Of a DNA stretch of 64,000 nt, positions 14,201-64,000 are shown piece after piece (the first letter of the stretch is position 1; each line of letters starts with the position of its first letter). Below the pieces are notes generated by a model. That model had not been told where the DNA came from. It ran no database searches and saw only the letters and a list, made by a program, of their open reading frames with translations. Made by a program: the position numbers and the translations under genes. This DNA is from Phoronis australis (Eukaryota; Animalia; Phoronida). The stretch lies in assembly GCA_002633005.1 (NCBI GenBank), contig NMRA01000838.1, positions 48,196-112,195 on the forward strand, in the 5' to 3' direction.

Positions 14201-16330
14201 GTTGATTAAATTAGCTTCTTCATTCAGAACTAGTTTTCTTTGAATGCCCTTCTCCCCTCCAGGTCATTATAAACTCCAATAATGAGTTCACTCAAGCGGA
14301 TATAAATTTCCTAGACCCCGGTCAGCTTCTCAGCACGTTCTACTTTTTCATAATGAGCAATGTCGACTACCAACCAATGTGTATTAAGACAACTTACAGG
14401 TGATCTTCACGCTGTGTCGACAATTCGTCAACACCGACAATTTTACTCATCTCATTCGTGACGTGCACGTGCACTCCCATTCCGTTCCACTGTTACTCAC
14501 CAGCGCTCTCATGCCCGCCATCCATGCCGTGTCAGGAAGTTTTCAGTTGTCATACCTTAGTCCAATGTAGGCTGTACGAAATCCCAGCCATTATTAACTA
14601 ATCGTCTGCCTAAGCCATCCTGTCTGGTTTTAACAAATCAATTGAACCCGATTGACGCCGGATATTTACAGCTCCCTTCTAAAACAATCCATCAACTCAC
14701 TTTAGCCATTTTTTACTGTTTAGCGATAACATGGCATACAATAGTGTTGAATTGGTATTTGCTGCGATTACAATAATTTGTTGACGAGGTTGAGCTCATA
14801 CAAAATGCCTTTATAAAGCCTTGTTGATAACTAGTCAAACAAACACTTACCAACAGAGGAATTTTATTCAGCACCTCTTTTCATACATTTGTTCCCGATC
14901 AGTGAAACGGCAGTTATCAAAGAACCTAATAGGCGTACAATTTACGTCTTTCAAAACGCATATACGCATGAAACCCAAACTCGGGTTTACGTAAGCCAAA
15001 TCTTCAAAATTTGCTGATCAGATTTAAGGAGCCGTCTGTAAATAAACACTGTTCGTTCTGTAAATATGCCACCTCAGTTTTGGCAAACAGACACGATGGT
15101 AATATATAAAGAATATCTTGCCAGTGTAAACAGGGTATAATGCAGACAACGGCTCATCTGAAACAGTCTCCCAGGTGTTGTTTGGGGTGTGTAAAATGAC
15201 CTACGGTCAAGCACCCCGCTGTTATCCAGCTGACAGCTTGTTGTGCGACATATAGACCCCGTTCATAGATTCGTCCGTTTTTGTTTTGTTTCGTTTTGTT
15301 TTTTGTATAGGCTACGACTGCGCGTACGACGCGAGAATTCGAATCGGACCACGCTCATTCGATGCAATATTTCGTCACGCGACGTAATTATGTACATGTA
15401 GGCCTAATGTACACGACAACGTCACACGGAAATGGACGAACTTATTATCGAACGAGCTTGAATTGGAGCACTTGACTCTACAGTCTTGTTCATAGCAAAA
15501 AATGAGTATGTAAAACAGAGTTTTCATTTTGAGTAAGGCTAAATGATTAATGTCCATGACATTGAAAATTGAATGCAGGGTTACACAACGAGAATGTCCT
15601 CCATTCTCGAAGATTTTTGTTTATGTGCGCTTGGCTATATTAAAAACTAGTCAATCTGAGATTTTCTTAAAATTTTCGTTTAGTTCAGTCATACGAAGGA
15701 AGATAATTTTCATTAATTTTCCAAAATTACTATGGCTGCATAAACACAAAGCATTTCTTTTAAGTACAAAACAAATTTAAAATCAAACAGGTGACTTAAA
15801 GCGTTTTACTAGAAGATCCATACAGTGTTAACTAAAGCCAAGTGTAACTAAAAACGTTATTTCTGCGGTTCCACCCTAATACAAACCAAAAGAATTGTTT
15901 TCACACGTGGCCTGCGCCGCTTTGGGATTCAAGCCCCTATATTTTAATGCATGAAGAGTTTCAGAAATTAGTGATTAGGGTCATCGATAGAATGATACAA
16001 GGTTTAAAAATGCAACATGCTGCGTAACTCAATATTATATCTAAACAAGGTCAGATGTACTAGAAGCGATAAAATATAAATTGCAAAGCCTGGAAACTCG
16101 TTGTAAGATTTTCCCGACTTTGCTGATTCCTTCTATTTGAACAGGAGTCGTTCATTTTGCATGCGCGCTCTAGGTAGTGGACCTAATACTGGTTGGCGAC
16201 TTTGTTGTGACAAGCTTCGAAGGAATGTAGGTCTAACAATGATTTAGCTATGTCCGACTAAGGAATACAAGAAAAACAATCTAGTCATAACAGAAATATT
16301 CTATAAATGACAGCTTAAAATATTTGTTAC

Positions 16331-16435
16331 CTTAAACTGGTTCGCTTCCGTTTCCAAAACTGTATCCCTCTGTCCTCCCGTTAGCTGCTCATAGACAATT
16401 TTTGAAACCTTTAAAGAAGCTTCACTTTCCGCCAT
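16331..16435 (-). CDS. Candidate first coding exon of the 10145-11263 gene
   Basis: aaaATGGCG start, MAESEASLKVSKIVYEQLTGGQRDTVLETEANQFK, AAG|GTAAC donor in phase 0, matching the 11263 acceptor. Confidence 0.5.
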
Positions 16436-19400
16436 TTTAGTCGAACGGACGTCAGTTGCTACCGTCACTCAGCGCGTATATTATATGGCGTAAAGTGGAT
16501 GCTTCATATGTTTTCATCCAGCAGCTCAAAGTTCACGAATCTACTTCGTATATGATATATTTGTATGGCTACTTAACACCACCTCGATATGAATAAGATA
16601 TGTGTTTATTGTTTTCTTAAGCACTGGAGTGCCGATCGATGCAAGTGTCATGTACAGTCTTGCAGCAGCAATGGTCTTTGAATCGACCTCGTCTCTTTGT
16701 TTTCCGTTGCTCACGCATACCGCTCTATCAAAGTGAAATGTGTGGGATTGAATCGGAAACCTCGTCCCGAGGACTGTCATCTTTTCGGGAAACCCGCAAA
16801 TTTGAAATGTGGGATTTCAATTGCAATATTAAAGTTCCCACGTAGTATGTCCAGCCTTGATCTTTACTAGTACAATCAGCCCCCGCCACGAAATTTTCCC
16901 GAGGGGGTGTAAAAGTAAATTGCTGAAAATGAAAATTAAGCATTCTGAATAAGAATATTCTACCACCAAAATGAATGCGGACTTTGAAATTATATCTGGA
17001 TTGGCTAACCAACCATTAACCTGTTCGCACACGAGTGCGAATTTGTACCTGAGCTTCGTGTGTATTTTTGTGGTCTGTTGGAAACTAATCAAGTGGTTAC
17101 GTAGTTTGAAAATTGTTGATTTTCCGTTTTGTAATATCGCGCCTTAGCAAACTTCACAATAGCGTCATACTAAACAATAGGCTAACCCAAATATAGACAT
17201 TTTGTGTGACTTAATTCAAACGGCAGTTTTGAGTTTATGAAAGAACGAAGTTCTTGTCTCAGATTGTTCCCATCAATAGAACATATTTCACAATGCGCCA
17301 CCTAGTGAAATACAGTAGGAATTCTATGAGCTGGGTAATCGTGATTTTGAATTTGGCGCGCTTTTGAGGTCAAATTACGTGTATTTGTATGTGTACGTGA
17401 CAATGTTTGCACCAAAATACCTCAAAAAAAAAAAAAACGAAATGGATCACCCCTTATAAACTGCTCTCAGCTTTTATAGCTGAAAGGAGACTATTTGATT
17501 CATGAGAAACAGCGAAGGTTCCGAGCGGGAAGTAATTTGGGAAAATACAAGGTCTGTTTATGATACAGTGGAAAATAATGTCCTTGGTCTTGTTATGATG
17601 GTCTACTTAGGAAGAGCATTGGATTTTTTGTCGTGAAAACATATCCATAATACATTTTAATTTCGGGCAAGATATACAAACGGGGATACATATTCTACAT
17701 CGGGGTTCGCGAGCTTGTATATTACAAAACGGAATGTCCTCAAGGTCTTTCAAGGTGTTAATTTTAATTATCAACTGCTCTGGTATAACTCTTCGATTAG
17801 AATGAACAAAAAGTCGACGTTTGTTTATCATGGAGTGATAGAGGAGTAAGACTTGACTATGTAATACTGGATTATGACGGATTTTTTTTAGATTACTAAA
17901 CATAAAAAGTTTTCCTCTAGACCTATGATAACAAATTTTAATTGACTTAGAAAAGCGGCACTGTCTGCCTGGGTCGGTGAGAGAAATTCAAATATTAGTG
18001 TTGTATTACGTTTACCACATTTCCGGGAGTGTTTTAACAAACAACACAAATAAGAAAGAATGTAGAACAGTGCATGACACGTTTATTCGAAATATGAGAA
18101 CAAAACCGATAGCACAGGATAAATTGATTCCTCAGATTCGTAATCAATTGAACACGAGTTAGGAAACAATGCACTTAAATACGTTTGATTTTTTTCCATG
18201 TTAAAATAGAATAATTTCAGTATCGAGTAGTTCATAGAATGTTATGTCTAAGTTCATATCTTCAAACAATAGGCGTCTCGGAGTCTTCTGCTTGTACATT
18301 GTGTAAACAAATCTCAGAAACTTTTTTTCATTTATTTTTGTATTGTGAATTAACTAGAGCTTTTAGGGAAGATGTTTTCAAGCGTTGTTCCAATGACAGT
18401 GGTCGGAAACAGTGATGAACGGTGGTGATCCTTTTGGAATTAACTATTTGTATATTCATCAAGAAATGTAATTTTTATTCTAGCAAAGTATCGCATATAC
18501 CGTTGAAGACCATTGACGTAAGACGTGTGCCCCCGCTTCCTAAGCCAGTGAAGATTGAGGGCGCTTGTATGCTTTTGCGAATATTTTAAAACAGTTACTC
18601 TGTACCACAGAGAAATATATTTTTAGTAAAGACANTTGAGATTTCATCTCAAAAATTTATGTCCAAAGAAACTTGGTCATATTATTAATACCATTGTTTT
18701 GCTATGAATGTACCTTTCTTTTTCACCATATTTTACTAAAAGATATGGTCATGTGACCCAATTAATGGCTGTTTGGTGTGAAAAAAGTTGAATTCTACAC
18801 ACATTCCACATTCAGAAAATACATACATTTACTGTGAGTTAAATTAATGAGTTTTGCAGATTTTTGAGTAAATGCAAAGACTAGCCGATAAGGACCTACG
18901 TATCAGACTGAGTAAAACAGTTTCATGAAAATTACAGGCCATGAATGTAAATTTTACGCTGCCTAAAAATGACTGATCTTGAACATTGGATTAGGATCTA
19001 CCCTCCCTTGCGATGAACAGCTACGATTACAATGAACAGCGGCTGATTTTGCAGTCCCACAATTTGAAGAACGGAGAAATGCACTAATGCCACTACTGAT
19101 ACTGCATCACTTTTAAATTGCATACATAAACAGTACAGAGAGGTATTGTATTACTGCAGGTCTATTTCTTTTGACTGAAGTCATTCAAGATGCAAATGAC
19201 AAAACCTACCTTGGTTTATAACAATTCTCATTATAATGTCCATATTTCACAGGTACCTTGAAGTACATTATAACGAGGTTCAACTACAGTAGTTGCAAAA
19301 CTACTTTTTGCATGATGTAAAGAGCTACACAGAATGACCTCATCAACCCACTATGTACTAACTAATGCAGCACAATGCATCCAAAGAAAATCACAGGTCA

Positions 19401-20104
19401 GTCATCCCATAAAAGAACAGATGCATATTAGATTTCGTGTAAAGCGCTACCTGTTTTGTGCTTATAATACCTATTAATGGAAAGCAAAGATGACCTATCC
19501 CCGGAGCTATGTAACTGTGTTAACCTTTAAACAGTTGGATAGCATTAAAAAATGGCGTCCAATTATCTACAATTCAGTCAGAAATAACCACCACATCTAC
19601 AAACCGGAAAGATGGGACCAAGGTGAATAACATAAACAACCCAGTTCAAAAGAAGGCTTTCGCAATGCAATGAGGTCTGATTGTGTAATTACTTTATGAT
19701 AATATACTGACCCCTGCCTCATGATAAGGTAATCAGAATTTTGTTAAAACATCTCAAACACGTTTCTATTCACTGTAAAAAATTCTTTTCAGAAACTCAA
19801 GAATTTTCCCCTATGCCTACCCCACATATTAAAATCTATATTCAGTACCTTGCTACCCAGGCAGATGCAGCAGCAGTCATGGGTATCATGTGATCAGTCA
19901 GCAATGCATTAGGCGTCTCTCACTGGTAATGTTATTGAGGCAAAATTACTACACAGCTAATATACACAAGGAGTCCAACTCAACTGAAATTTTGAGCAGA
20001 TATTACATCTCTGCAGTTGCTTTGTTCATGCACAGTTTCAATAAATTACAACACTGAGAACAATTCTCAGAATGTCATCCACACCTCGGAAATGTTTAAA
20101 TGCA

Positions 20105-20305
20105 CAGATGTCAGAACATGTTCACACAGTCAAATCACTTCAATGGTCATGGATCACAGACATCTGTTCACATTGCCAAATCACTTCAATAGTCACGGAT
20201 CACAGACATCTGTTCACACGTCTGCTAAATCACTTCAATGGTCATGGATCACAGACATCTGTTCACACTGCCAAATCACTTCAATGGTCATGGATCACAG
20301 ACATC
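20105..20305. repeat. Minisatellite, ~46-49 bp x ~4
   Basis: Unit cacagacatctgttcacactgccaaatcacttcaatggtcatggat. Confidence 0.85.
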
Positions 20306-20421
20306 AATAACGTCATACACATTATTTGTGGTCACTGTGCCATAACTCCAGAGGTCCGGCATGCAAGAAGAACTTGCACAGGATTGACCACAGCTCCACC
20401 TTCAGTACACCTTACATGTGG

Positions 20422-63401
<42,980 letters not shown>

Positions 63402-63589
63402 CCCGAATGATCATAATCTTATCAAAGTTGACTAAAAACCTGCAAATTAAAAGTCAAATGTCAAGGTCATCAAATCTGAAGCACTTAAAGTACGTGTGAG
63501 TGTGCACCACTTCTCATTACCAGCCTTACCCTTCTATGGCACAACACATGATGACCATGAATTGAAGACAAGTTTTCAAAAATGAAATG

Positions 63590-63920
63590 AGAACACAGCC
63601 GAGATTCATTACAAATTTACCGCATTCGCCGTAATAACCGCCCAGGGCACTTAGAAAAGTTCGTTTCAGGGGAGTCGCTTGAAACCCAGTCTCCGAAATG
63701 GGTGAAATCAGAAGCTAAGATTTATTACGGTAAAGTCGCGTGATTTTCGGACACTGAAAATTAATTACAAGAGAAAAAAATCATTCTTGGACGAATCTCG
63801 CGAAATATCATTTTGTGGTGTCCGAATTTGGCGGACCTCCAAATTTGGGTTTCCGCTAGTGTCCGAATTTCGTGGGTGTACATTATTTCGATGAGCGGTC
63901 GTAGTATCAACAATGCTGGC
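63590..63920. promoter_or_regulatory. Probable ARFGEF promoter / 5' non-coding exon region
   Basis: CpG-enriched relative to the gene body, immediately upstream of the first coding exon; TCTCGCGA-like motif at ~63797. Confidence 0.4.
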
Positions 63921-64000
63921 TCGGTCATTTGATAGCAGTATAATTGCAGGTAAATGAGACTCAAATGGTCTGAGCGATTAATTTTTGAAAATCTGGCTTT

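Noticed and set aside
15254-15458. Weak inverted ends suggesting a MITE
   Set aside because: Too diverged, and no TSD could be identified.

Overview
Eukaryotic (invertebrate animal, AT-rich) genomic DNA. The window is dominated by a complete 36-coding-exon BIG1/BIG2-type Sec7 Arf-GEF gene (ARFGEF1/2 orthologue) on the minus strand, CDS 63401->20422, about 1784 aa by my hand splice model. An antisense, single-coding-exon rhodopsin-class GPCR with melatonin-receptor-like motifs (NRY, NSxxY) is nested in its 7.3-kb intron. To the left are an unrecognised, probably disordered ~370-410 aa protein gene (minus strand, RVxF motif, candidate alternative first exons), a decayed ~4-kb Academ (AcademX-type) DNA transposon with long TIRs and a 3-bp TSD, and several MITEs. 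The most striking unexplained structure is that at least 7-8 exon borders of the Arf-GEF gene carry their own unrelated tandem repeats whose unit is a copy of the exon end plus its splice site (or the stop codon), creating arrays of decoy splice sites. All coordinates were read by hand and may be off by a few bases.
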